Both the position numbers and the translations under genes were made by a program. Under the pieces are notes generated by a model that was given only the letters and a program-made list of their open reading frames with translations, searched no databases and had not been told where the DNA came from. A stretch of 64,000 nt of DNA, from positions 5,696,001-5,760,000 of the forward strand of contig OZ244207.1 in NCBI GenBank assembly GCA_965216875.1. The letters are read 5' to 3'. This DNA is from Rubripirellula sp. (lineage in GTDB: Bacteria; Planctomycetota; Planctomycetia; Pirellulales; Pirellulaceae). Positions 51,500-61,900 of this stretch are shown here, piece by piece (position 1 is the stretch's first letter; each line of letters begins with the position of its first letter).

Positions 51500-53794
51500 T
51501 CACGGCGTCAAATTGGCGACACCCAAAGAATTCCCAAATCCGGCTGCCAATTGATCGATCGACACGCCGTAGTTCTGCAGAATCGCCTCTTCGATCCCGA
51601 TACCCAGTTTCGTGTCGCGATAGAACTGGCCGAACGCGAGCGTGTCCTTGGCCACCAGAAAACGGACCAGCTGACCCGACATCGGCCACCGTGATTGGTC
51701 CAGCTTTGTCGCCTCGATGAGTCCCAACATCGACCCGTTTCGACGCAGGTCCGACACGACGCGATCACGCTGAGTCTTTTCCATTCGAGCGTTCGGAACG
51801 ACTGCGTACTGGACAAGGTTTGCGATCCCCATCTGCAGCCACGGCGTCGATTTCGAATCGGAGTGCAGTCGAGCGGCAAACCCGAGGCTATACCCCCAAC
51901 ATATCCCGCGTGCGAACGCTGGCGTCAACTCCGTCGCAATCGCCGTCTGCAAAAACCGAGTCCGCCCCGACCGAACGCCTGGGCGTCCAGCGTGGTTCGG
52001 ATTGTTCATGACACGTTCTTCGAACGCTGCAAACTTTCGTTTGGTGCTGAAAACGGCCAAGACCGCTTTCCCTCGCCAAATCGAATCACCTTCGGGAATG
52101 CCAAACAACTGATTCAACTGCAAATTGAGCGCATCGACGTAACTTGCCAGTCCACGCACACTCGCTTCGGGATGATCGGTAAAGATCAGCGTCGACTGAG
52201 TCTCCACGACATGAAAGGGACCATCACGCTGCAGCTTCTCGGCTGCCTCTTCCAAGAACTTCTTGTGCTCCGTCGTGGCCTCTTTCTGCTCGTCCTCTTC
52301 CAGCAAGACGCGAAGCGATCGATTGTTGGCGGCCAGCCGGTTGGCTGCCACGGTGTCCGCATCTTTCGAGTGAATCAGGAACAACTGTTTCTGCGGGGCG
52401 AAGTACCGCAGGTGGTACCGCGCAAAGGAACCACGCACACCGATATGAATCGAATAGAGATCGACCGCCTTCACAGTCACCACGCGTCCACTTTCCAACT
52501 CATACTTCAGAAACTTCAAACCGTGTCCGCGGCGATCAAATTGCAACGCTGCCAGCCGCGCTTTTCCAATCGACAACCCCGACTTCATTCGCAAGAAAAC
52601 CGGCATACCAACGAGCGGCGCAAGCTCTTTGTTTTGAACCAATCCATCGAGCACGACGCCTTTCGGGGGAACATTGTCGAGCGGATCGAAGGACTGCGGC
52701 GGGACACCGAGGGCTCTGTCGGCAGCCGGCATCGCCACCTTGGCCGGTTCCAACGCGCTGCGATCAAACGCAAACAAATTGATCTTTGTGCCCACGGCTG
52801 ACGCAATGATGCCTCGATGAACTAGCGCAGCGAGTTGAGAGGTTCCACCCGATTGGTCGACATCGGCAACGGGTTGTTGTGTTCCGCGACGCAATACCAA
52901 CACGCGGTCTTTTCCAGAAACGATCAATTGGTTGTCATCAAGGAATTCGCACCCCATTCCATTTTCCAAACCGGTCGTCCATTCGTGCAGCTTTCCTCGC
53001 GTGGGGGTATCCCAAAGCTTGACCACACCGTCACGATCGATTGAAGCAAGCGACGTTTCCGATGGCGAAAGTCGCAACCGTCGAACGATCGCACCGTGGA
53101 TCCCAAACTCCGCTTCGACCTCACCCGTGCCGGCATCACAGCGAAGGATCTTCGACGGCGCCATCTGCCCCTTGAAAGGCGTCGCAGCGACGTACAACGT
53201 TTCACCATCTCTTGAAAAAACGGCGCCGCCACTGGCCGGCAACGCGTGTCCCACAACAACAATCCGCTTGCCTGTTTCGGCATCGTACACCGCGGCTTTG
53301 CCAACCACACTCGAGGCTGCAATGCGTTTGCCGTCGGCCGAGAACGAAACACGCGTTGGGACGACAGGCGTTTCGACCTGCCAAACCTGTTTGTCACCAG
53401 CGGCGTCGTACAACGTCATCGTTTTCGGAAACGAAGCCGCCAGGACGTACGGTTTGTCGGGCGCAAACGCGACCGCGATCACGGTTGATTTTGATGGTTG
53501 CCACTGACGCAGCTGTGCTTGTTTCGCAAGGTCAAACAGCGTCAATTTCGCACCGGCGTCACCCACGGCGAGCAGCCGCTCGGACGAGTTCACTCGGCAA
53601 GCCACGATCGGACGGTCGGTCGCATCGATCGAGCGAAACGGCTTCAGTTCAAAGTCCTGGGCACGGAGCGAATGCCCAAGTGGAATCACGAGGATCACGA
53701 TCGCAAGACTTGCGATCGCCAGAGAGAGAACGCGAGCAACAGATGGGAGCCGTTTGAGGGCGGCGGCGTCACGATCTTTGGTCACTCGCGTCAT
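51500..53794 (-). CDS. secreted WD40 beta-propeller protein with C-terminal helical domain
   Basis: VAFAPD, VSFSADG, VFSRDG, DGVVKLWD repeats; N-terminal hydrophobic signal. Confidence 0.82.
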   Translation of the reverse strand: MTRVTKDRDAAALKRLPSVARVLSLAIASLAIVILVIPLGHSLRAQDFELKPFRSIDATDRPIVACRVNSSERLLAVGDAGAKLTLFDLAKQAQLRQWQPSKSTVIAVAFAPDKPYVLAASFPKTMTLYDAAGDKQVWQVETPVVPTRVSFSADGKRIAASSVVGKAAVYDAETGKRIVVVGHALPASGGAVFSRDGETLYVAATPFKGQMAPSKILRCDAGTGEVEAEFGIHGAIVRRLRLSPSETSLASIDRDGVVKLWDTPTRGKLHEWTTGLENGMGCEFLDDNQLIVSGKDRVLVLRRGTQQPVADVDQSGGTSQLAALVHRGIIASAVGTKINLFAFDRSALEPAKVAMPAADRALGVPPQSFDPLDNVPPKGVVLDGLVQNKELAPLVGMPVFLRMKSGLSIGKARLAALQFDRRGHGLKFLKYELESGRVVTVKAVDLYSIHIGVRGSFARYHLRYFAPQKQLFLIHSKDADTVAANRLAANNRSLRVLLEEDEQKEATTEHKKFLEEAAEKLQRDGPFHVVETQSTLIFTDHPEASVRGLASYVDALNLQLNQLFGIPEGDSIWRGKAVLAVFSTKRKFAAFEERVMNNPNHAGRPGVRSGRTRFLQTAIATELTPAFARGICWGYSLGFAARLHSDSKSTPWLQMGIANLVQYAVVPNARMEKTQRDRVVSDLRRNGSMLGLIEATKLDQSRWPMSGQLVRFLVAKDTLAFGQFYRDTKLGIGIEEAILQNYGVSIDQLAAGFGNSLGVANLTP

Positions 53795-53855
53795 CCTCGT
53801 TGGGGGCGTTTCGACAGCAACCCAACGAGTTTAACACGCCATCCGCGGCAATGCG

Positions 53856-55535
53856 TTATTTACCAGCCTTCTTGAGGCTCGCTTCGCGCCGCTCGCGGAA
53901 CTGCGACGAAATCGTGATCGCCTTTTGACGGTCGGCATCGTCGTAGTCCCAGAACTCTTGGACCACCTTTTCGCATTCCGGGTAGTGCGAACCGTCGTCG
54001 CCGACTTCCAAACGCAACTGTGCGAATTGAGCTTTCAATTGGTCGCGAATCACCGCGTGAGCAGGATCATCGTAAAGGTTGTTTAGCTCATCGGGATCGT
54101 TTTGAAGATCGTACAATTCCCAAGCGGGCGGCGTCTGATCTTTGCCGTCGTAGTTGCAGCCATAGAAATAGATCAGCTTGTGGGTCTTGGTTCGGATCGC
54201 CATCTCACCGGGATTGTCGTGGTGAGCCATGTGCATCCAATAGCGATAGTACGCCGCTTGTTTCCAGTCCTCGGGTTCTTTGCCCGTCTCGCAAATGCTG
54301 CGGAACGAACGCCCTTGCATCGACTCGGGAATTTCAGCGCCAGCGAAGTCCAACATCATGACGGGGAAGTCAACGTTTTCGACGATGGCATCACTTCGCG
54401 TGCCAGCCGGAATCGACTTGGGGTAACGAACAATGAGCGGCATCCGTTGTGATGGATCGTAGGCCCAACGTTTGTCCTGGTAGTCCTTTTCGCCCAGCCA
54501 GAAACCCTGATCGCCGGTGTAAATGATGACGGTGTTGTCATACAAGCCCTCGGCCTTGAGGTAATCAAACAGACGTTTCAGATTATCGTCGACACCTTTG
54601 ACGCAGCGAAGGTACTTCTTCAGGTAGGCCTGGTAAGCAAGACGCTTGACTTCGTCGTCCGAAAGGTTCGGGTCCTTGTGATCCCATTTAAACTCTTTCG
54701 GAAACTGTTTTGGCAAATCGACCGCATACGAACGACGTGGGTTGCGGCGTCCAATCGATGTGCCGATGTGAGGCACCAGCTCGTCGTTGTAGCCGCGTGT
54801 CGCAAGCGATCCCCAAGTCGGTGGCATGTGCCACAACGTCTCTGGCTCAGGAACCTCGATGTCGGCCAAATAGGAATCGTAGCGAGGATGACTTTCAAAA
54901 TAGTCGTGCGGCGCTTTGTATTGGTGACAGACAAAGAACGGCTTGTCGGGATCCCGATGGTTCTTGAACCACTCGAGCGTCGAATCGGTGATCACATCCG
55001 ACGAATGCGAACCTGGATACTTCACAACGTTCTTTGGCCAAGGCTTGTCGCCCTGGATGCGAAACTCGGTGTTGAAGTACTTTCCTTGGCCAGGCAAGAC
55101 TTTGTAGTAATCGAAATTCGGCGGCACTTTGAGATGCCACTTACCGATGATCGCCGTCTGATACCCAGCATCTCGCATCGCGATGGGCAACGCTTGTTTC
55201 TCGGGAACGATTTTGCCGCCGAGATCGAAGACACCGTTGATGTGGTCATATTGCCCCGTGATGATGCAAGCTCGAGACGGCGTGCAAATGCCGTTGGTGC
55301 AAAACGCATTGTCGAAACAGATGCCTTCGCGTGCGAGCGAATCGATCGTTGGTGTCGGATTCAACTCTTTCAACAGCGTCGCGTAGGCACCGACCGCTTG
55401 AGCGGTATGGTCGTCCGACATAATGAACAAGATGTTCGGTCGTTCGTTGGCGCCAGATTGTGCGTCATCGGCAAAGACACTCGCTGCAAACATCAGCGGC
55501 ATCAGTAGCACGGATAGCGGTCGGTACATCAGCAT
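53856..55535 (-). CDS. sulfatase
   Basis: RPNILFIMSDDH, CTPSR, GKWHL, KAPH, GDQG, DKRW. Confidence 0.95.
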   Translation of the reverse strand: MLMYRPLSVLLMPLMFAASVFADDAQSGANERPNILFIMSDDHTAQAVGAYATLLKELNPTPTIDSLAREGICFDNAFCTNGICTPSRACIITGQYDHINGVFDLGGKIVPEKQALPIAMRDAGYQTAIIGKWHLKVPPNFDYYKVLPGQGKYFNTEFRIQGDKPWPKNVVKYPGSHSSDVITDSTLEWFKNHRDPDKPFFVCHQYKAPHDYFESHPRYDSYLADIEVPEPETLWHMPPTWGSLATRGYNDELVPHIGTSIGRRNPRRSYAVDLPKQFPKEFKWDHKDPNLSDDEVKRLAYQAYLKKYLRCVKGVDDNLKRLFDYLKAEGLYDNTVIIYTGDQGFWLGEKDYQDKRWAYDPSQRMPLIVRYPKSIPAGTRSDAIVENVDFPVMMLDFAGAEIPESMQGRSFRSICETGKEPEDWKQAAYYRYWMHMAHHDNPGEMAIRTKTHKLIYFYGCNYDGKDQTPPAWELYDLQNDPDELNNLYDDPAHAVIRDQLKAQFAQLRLEVGDDGSHYPECEKVVQEFWDYDDADRQKAITISSQFRERREASLKKAGK

Positions 55536-55587
55536 CTCTCGCGGTTGGTCTCAAAGCGGTATTTGGGTAGCGATTGCGGTTGTGATT

Positions 55588-55911
55588 CTAATCGGGATCA
55601 GCGAAGCGTCCCAGCGGCGCCGCGACGACTCGGAATCCTTCCAAAGTCACCCCTTCCTCGGCAAGCCGCTCGGCCTGCAGACTCGGGTTGGCTGGTGGCA
55701 GGCGGCCGTCAGAGTAAACGACACGCCACCAGGGCAGATGAGCGGCTCCCGAAAGGACCGTTCCGGCGGCTCGCGACGCATTGGGGCGGCCCGCCAAAGC
55801 TGCAACGTCGCTGTAACTGACCACCTCGCCTTCGCGCAAGCTTTCGACGGCTTCGGCAATCTTGCGATGCAACTCCGTCGGCTCGGGCGATGGGCGTTTG
55901 GTCTTTTTCAA
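55588..55911 (-). CDS. alkyltransferase-like protein (MGMT DNA-binding domain, ATL/YbaZ type)
   Basis: GEVVSYSDVA.LAG.P..SRAAG, PWWRVV, LAEEGV; TTG start overlaps the upstream TGA. Confidence 0.85.
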   Translation of the reverse strand: MKKTKRPSPEPTELHRKIAEAVESLREGEVVSYSDVAALAGRPNASRAAGTVLSGAAHLPWWRVVYSDGRLPPANPSLQAERLAEEGVTLEGFRVVAAPLGRFADPD

Positions 55912-57254
55912 GCGTTTCTCTTTTCCTGGTCCGCAATCAGGAAAGCGATCTCCATCGCCTGCTCGTAATTCAAGCGAGGGTCGACGTTGCTTTCGTAGGC
56001 ACGTGCCAAGTCGGTCGGACTCAAGCCACCCGCACCACCGATGCACTCCGTCACGTTGTTTCCGGTCAATTCCAGATGAATGCCTCCAACAATCGTTCCT
56101 GCCGCCGCATGGATCGCGAACGACTCGCGGACTTCAGTCAAGATTTGATCGAAGTGACGCGTCTTGATGCCCTCGTCGGTGGTGATCGTGTTTCCATGCA
56201 TAGGATCGATTGTCCAAAGCACAGGATGTCCAGCCGCTTTGACCGTCTCGATCAATTGTGGCAAACACTCGCCAATGCGACTGGCGCCAAATCGGCAAAT
56301 CAACGTCATCCGCCCGAGTTCGCGATTTGGGTTGAGCGTATCGAGCAACTGTTTCAAGTTGTCTGGATCGCAGCTTGGACCAATCTTTAAACCGATCGGA
56401 TTCTTGATGCCGCGGAAGTACTCGACGTGGGCGCCATCGACGTCGCGCGTGCGGTCACCAATCCAAGGATAGTGCGTTCCCAGGTTGTACCAGCCGTCGC
56501 CTCGAATCCCTTGTCGAGTCAGTGATTCCTCGTACGGCAACAACAGCGCTTCGTGCGATGTGTAGAAGTCGACTCGTGAAAGATCGGCGCGCGTCACGCC
56601 GCCGATGACATCGATGAACCGAAGCGAGTCACCAATCCCGCGAACAATTTGATGATAGTCTTCGGAACGCGATGACTGCGTCACGAAGTCGAGTTCCCAG
56701 TTCTCGGGATGATGGATGTCGGCGAAACCACCTTCGGTCAATGCGCGCAGGTAGTTGAGGGTTTGACTCGATCGTTCGTAGGCACCCAACAACAACTCGG
56801 GGCGAGCCTTGCGATCTTCGGGAGTGAACGGACTGCGATTGACGCAGTCGCCTCGGTACGACGGCAGAGTCAGGCCATCTTTGGTTTCGGTGTCGCTCGA
56901 ACGTGGCTTGGCATACTGTCCCGCGATGCGGCCAACTCGGATGACGGGCTTTTGCATTCCATAGACAAGCACCAAGCTCATCTGCAAAAGCACCTTCAGC
57001 TTTTTCTCGATCGGCTCAGCACGACACGCTTTAAAACTCTCGCTGCAATCGCCACCCTGCAACACAAAAGCGCCGCCTTGTTGGGCGAGGGCGAGTTGGC
57101 TTTGCAAACGTTCTACTTCCCAACTGGTCACAAGCGGCGGGCGCTGGCCGAGTGTGTCGACCACGTCTTGCAACGCATTGGGATCGTCGTAGTTGGGCTG
57201 CTGTAGAGCTGTCTTCTTCGTCCAGGACGAAGGCTCCCAGTGATTCATCAACAT
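55908..57254 (-). CDS. class II DAHP synthase
   Basis: LQGGDCSE, RIAGQYAKPRS, SYRGD, SHEALLL, WIGDRTR, DPMHGNT, DPRLN. Confidence 0.95.
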   Translation of the reverse strand: MLMNHWEPSSWTKKTALQQPNYDDPNALQDVVDTLGQRPPLVTSWEVERLQSQLALAQQGGAFVLQGGDCSESFKACRAEPIEKKLKVLLQMSLVLVYGMQKPVIRVGRIAGQYAKPRSSDTETKDGLTLPSYRGDCVNRSPFTPEDRKARPELLLGAYERSSQTLNYLRALTEGGFADIHHPENWELDFVTQSSRSEDYHQIVRGIGDSLRFIDVIGGVTRADLSRVDFYTSHEALLLPYEESLTRQGIRGDGWYNLGTHYPWIGDRTRDVDGAHVEYFRGIKNPIGLKIGPSCDPDNLKQLLDTLNPNRELGRMTLICRFGASRIGECLPQLIETVKAAGHPVLWTIDPMHGNTITTDEGIKTRHFDQILTEVRESFAIHAAAGTIVGGIHLELTGNNVTECIGGAGGLSPTDLARAYESNVDPRLNYEQAMEIAFLIADQEKRNA

Positions 57255-57520
57255 TTTCGATTACGAAGGGTCGGGTGTTGGGGACGCTGAAATTGTCCCG
57301 GTTTGCGCTTCTCTGAATAGCCGTCTAAAAGGCTCTTTCCAGGCTCCAAAGCGGGGTCAGATCGCGCCCCATGGGGCCTGTCGGGATTCGACTCCACCGC
57401 AGAAGCGGTGTAGCAAAACGAAACAATTGTTCGATTTCGAACGACCGAGTGGCCTGGGGTGGGTGTCGCAAGAAGGCGAAAAGGGCGTGATCTACAACAC
57501 TGCAGCCATGAAAGGGCGTT

Positions 57521-57536
57521 TGGCACGGGGGATGCT
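57521..57536 (+). promoter_or_regulatory. putative sigma54 promoter
   Basis: TGGCACG-GGGG-ATGCT with correct GG/GC spacing, about 107 bp upstream of ATG 57643. Confidence 0.5.
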
Positions 57537-57642
57537 ACCCTTTCTTCGCGAAGTTTCGCCTCCAACTTCTCAACCAACGCACGCGCCATCCGGCCGACAT
57601 GCGTCTTCGCTTTATCGTAGTCAAAAGGTGAGATTTCGAGAG

Positions 57643-58491
57643 ATGAAACTAAGAGACTTGTTTTGCTTTTCTTTGACAGCATTCGTCCTGGCACCCCTGT
57701 CCGCCGGCGATTTCGCGGATGCCAAAGCGGCTCGGCAACCGATTCCGCATGACGTGACAGTCCAGGCGGCGGAATTGTTCGCGGCGATTGAAGCCGGGGA
57801 CGTCGAAGCCAAGTTCATCCCGCTTGGTGCCGAGCGTGCCAACGTGCTGCTGACCAACAAAACCGACCGAGTCCTCGGCATCGAATTGCCTGAAGGGATC
57901 GCGGCCGTCCCGATCCTGGGTCAATTCGGCAATCGGTTCGGCGGCAACGGCCTTGGCGGAAATGGTTTCGGGGGCAACGGTTTTGGGGGCAATGGCGCCG
58001 GCGGCAATGGATTTGGAGGCCAACAGTTTGGTGGCCAGCAGGGAGGTGGTGGAACGCAGGGTGTCGGCGGCGGCTTTGGTGGAGTCAACCAAGGTGGCAA
58101 CAATGGCTTCCTTCGTATCCCACCAGGCAAAATGCGCAAGGTCGCTGCGACAACCGTCTGCCTTGAACATGGTAAACCCGAACCGAACCCGCGGATCGAA
58201 TACCGCATGATGCCGATCACCGACTACACATCCGACACGCGTCTTCACAAGCTGTGCGCGAAAGTCGGCACCGGTGAGATCAAGCAAAACACCGGACAAG
58301 CGATCGCGTGGAACCTTGCCAACAACCTCTCCTGGGAACGACTCGCCAAAGAGAATCGCGTTGAATCGCGGTACCTCGGCAACATTCGGCGGTTCACCAA
58401 CAAAGAACTCGAGGATGCGAGAGCGTTCGTATTCGTCGAGTCCTTCAGCGACTTAGCAAACGACGAAACCGATTCCTCCGGCGGACTCTAG
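57643..58491 (+). CDS. secreted hypothetical protein with GGNGF glycine-rich repeats
   Basis: Signal peptide; about 5 GGNGF-type units; C-terminal VCLEHGKPEP...QAIAW. Confidence 0.8.
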   Translation: MKLRDLFCFSLTAFVLAPLSAGDFADAKAARQPIPHDVTVQAAELFAAIEAGDVEAKFIPLGAERANVLLTNKTDRVLGIELPEGIAAVPILGQFGNRFGGNGLGGNGFGGNGFGGNGAGGNGFGGQQFGGQQGGGGTQGVGGGFGGVNQGGNNGFLRIPPGKMRKVAATTVCLEHGKPEPNPRIEYRMMPITDYTSDTRLHKLCAKVGTGEIKQNTGQAIAWNLANNLSWERLAKENRVESRYLGNIRRFTNKELEDARAFVFVESFSDLANDETDSSGGL

Positions 58492-58511
58492 TCCGCGTGG
58501 GTATTACACCT

Positions 58512-58881
58512 ACCTCGTTACCACGCTCAGCGTGGTAACGCACTCTTGGACGCTCCGCGTCCTCATCGTAGGCGGTAGCTACCTTCGCCAGGAGGCGGTT
58601 TGCATCGGCGAAACGCTTGCCACGATCACCACGCTCTGGCGAACGTAGCTACGTTAGTTGTAAGGCCCGACGCTAGCGCGTTCGGCTCACAGATCAGCCC
58701 CCACCTCGTTACCACGCTCAGCGTGGTAACGCACTCATGGACGCTCCGCGTCCTCATCGTAGGCGGTAGCTACCTTCGCCAGAAGGTGGTTTGCATCGGC
58801 GAAACGCTTCCCACGATCACCACGCTCTGGCGAGCATAGCTACGTCAGTTGTAAGGCCCGACGCTAGCGCGTTCGGCTCAC
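58512..58881 (+). repeat. 179-bp near-identical direct repeat x2 (period 191 bp) built from palindromic REP-like units
   Basis: Copies at 58512-58690 and 58703-58881, each with cgttaccacgctcagcgtggtaacg, a REP-C doublet and gctagcgcgttcggctcac. Confidence 0.93.
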
Positions 58882-58926
58882 GTGAAAAGGCAAAATTGTC
58901 ATGCGGAGCATGACCTACGGCATCAA

Positions 58927-61900
58927 TTAATTCCGGTGGCAACTGCATCCGACGCCGAGTGTTCCGGTGACGTTGATACTAATGCCACTGGGGTTGCCTT
59001 CCCAATAAAACGGTTCACGCGGCGCACGCGCACCGAAACGGTTCATTCGATTCGTCTCGTAAACGTTACCGTTGGCGATCACGAGTTGAATCTTTTCTGA
59101 ATGGCGAATGTTCTCGGTTGGGTCGGCACCTTTCTTGATCATGATCAAATCGGCAAGTTTTCCCGTTTCGATTGATCCAAGGTCGCCATCGAGTCCCAGG
59201 TACTTGGCGCCGTGCAACGTCCCACTTCGCAGCGCTTCCATTGGCGTCATTCCGCCCTGAACAAAGCTCCACATTTCCCAGTGCGTGCAGATGCCACTGA
59301 GTTGCCCGTGACCACCAGCTTGAACAAGCCCACCATCATCAACCACTTGCTTGGCGATCTCTGCGACACGGATGTGGTTGTAGTCTTCTTTCGGCGACTT
59401 GTTGCGACGCCGAGAACGCGGATTCAGCACATGTGGCGGAATGAAAGTCTGCAATCGCGGGTGCAACCAAAGGTCATCCGTTTCATACCAGTATTGCTCG
59501 CCGGAGATACCACCGTAGGCGACGCTTAGCGTTGGCGTGTAGCCGACCCCGGTGTCTCGCCATAGGTCCATCACGTCGTCGTAGGCGGTCTGGACCGGCA
59601 ACGTGTGTTCGATACCGGTGTGACCGTCGACGATCATCGTCATGTTGTGCATGAAGGTCGACCCACCTTCCGGGACGACCATCATCTCGAGCTCTCGTGC
59701 TGCGGCAACCACTTGCTGTCGTTGATCGCGCCGCGGCTGGTTGTAGCTTTTGACACTGAAAGCTCCGACCGCCTTCATTCGCCTGAGATGAAACTTGGCG
59801 TCGTCCAAACTATCAATCTCGGCTTTGAAGTTACCGGCTGCCCCATAGAGAATCTTTCCTGTCGAAAAGGTACGCGGCGCGGCAATCATTCCTGCCTTGG
59901 TCATTTCGCTAGCCGCAAAGATGCTGTGCGTGTCATTGCTAGGATCATGAATCGTTGTCACACCGAACGCGAGTCGTGCCATGTCGACCCAACTTTGCTG
60001 TGGCGTCAAACCCGATGCCGCTTGCGGGCCGTGCGCGTGAGCGTCGACAAACCCGGGAATGACCACTTGCCCCTTTGCATTGATCACGTACGCGTCTTGC
60101 GGAGGCTTGACCTTGTTGGCGGGCCCCACAGCGGTGATCCGATTGCCTTCGATCACAATCGTTCCATTCTCGATGACGCCGGCTTCTCCCATCGTGACAA
60201 TCTTCGCGCCGACAATCGCGACAGAACCCGTCGGCTTGGCGTGGGCGTGCTTGAACCCGATGGCGACCGACTCCGGTTTGGGCTCATCTTCTTCTTTCGC
60301 TTTGTTGGCTTCGCCCGTCTCTTCTGCCGCGTTTTGCTTGGTCTGCTGCTGGCCCAAGTGCCACGTGTAAAGCGTTGGACCAAGCGCCCAGTGCAAACGT
60401 TGGGAGTCGCCTGAGAAGTGAATGAAGTCGCCCGCCTCCGCGCTCACCTTTTGCACCGGCAGCCCGCTTGCTTGCGGGCCAACCGAGATCGAAGTCCCTG
60501 TATCAACAAACGGCGCGATGTAGACGTTGAACCGCTCAATAAAGGCAATCCACTTTCGATCGGGCGAGATTCGATAGTCGGTTGCCCACTGACTCGTGTA
60601 ATGCTCGCGAACTTCGCCGCCATCGAGATTCATCGAGCAGAGTTTTCGGTTGTCAGCGTCATTGTCTGAGTTTTGCTTCGTGAAAAAGACGCGATCGTTT
60701 GCCGAGGCGAATTGCGGGTTGGCACCTGACGCCGAAACTCGCTCGGCCGTTCCACCGCGAGCCGCGATCCGGTAGATGCCCGTTTCACGAGACCACAGAG
60801 GCGACGTTAGGTAGCCGCCCGATTTCTTTTCGTAGACGACCGTTTCGCCATCCGGTGAAAAACAGGGATTGATGTAATGCCCCGGTTGACTGGTAACGAT
60901 CCAGTTTTCTGACGCATCAGGATCGACCGATGCGACGCGAATCGAGCCAAGGCTTTGGTCATCCCAGGTGCTGTAGACGAGGTAGCGACCGTCGCGTGAA
61001 AAGCTGGGGTAGAACTCAAAATGGTCTGTTTGGTTGGTCAAACGCTTCGGCTGGCCATCAGGCAAGTCGCGAACGTAGATGTGCCCGAGAGCCTGGAAGG
61101 CTACGCGGTCTCCCGCCGGCGCCACCGCGGTCCAACGCAGCATCTTGACGTCGAACTCATCTTCACCCACTGGAATGGGAAAACGCAGTGAGCGTGTGAT
61201 CTTGCGATCATCTTTGATGTGAAAGGGAATCTCTTTAGCTTCGCCCGACTCGACGTCGATGTTGCGAATCTTGCCTTTTGCCCAAACCACAATCGACTTG
61301 CCATCGGGCGTCCAATCGAACGCGCTATAGACACCATGTATCGCCCATGCTTCTTGCATGTCACGTTCAAGCAAGTCATACACCAGCCGTACGGCGCCCG
61401 ATTCGATGTCGAACAAATGCAAACCTGTCTTTGCACCGACGCGTCGGACAAACGCGATCGTTTTGCCATCTGGGGAGGGTGTTGGTCGACACGCTCCGCC
61501 CGGACCACTGATCAACGTCTCCGTCTCGCCCTTTTCCAGATCGAGGCGTTTGATGACGTAGATTCCCTTGTGTGAATCCTTGTCGTACTCAAACGTGTCG
61601 CCGGGCGTTGCGTCTTGCGAGTAGTAGAGGTAGCGACCATCCGGCGAATAGATGGGCTCGTTCACATCCTTTTGGTCATTGGGGCGTTTGGTCAGTTGCA
61701 AACCGCCGGTCGCCTTAAGCTCAACCGCATCGCGGTGAAACAACCACATCTCGCCAGCGCCGAGTGACCGTCGGCTCGTGAAGTGCTTGCGACCAACCAA
61801 ATACTTGCCATCGGGTGTCCAAGCCGGTCCGCTAATCAAACGAAACGTTTCGGTCGTGACTTGAGTGAACGATTCGCCGTCCGCTGTCACGTACCAAAGG

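Noticed and set aside
57341..57392. Possible (permuted) tmRNA: GGGGCCTG...GGATTCGAC resembles a tmRNA 5' end, and upstream AGGCTCCA could pair with it including a G3-U70 wobble
   Set aside because: No T-arm (GGTTCRANTCC) before AGGCTCCA, no CCA, no downstream 3' end and no tag ORF recognised; an ARAGORN or Rfam scan would settle it
58512..58881. CRISPR array
   Set aside because: Only two long units, no repeat-unique spacer pattern and no cas genes
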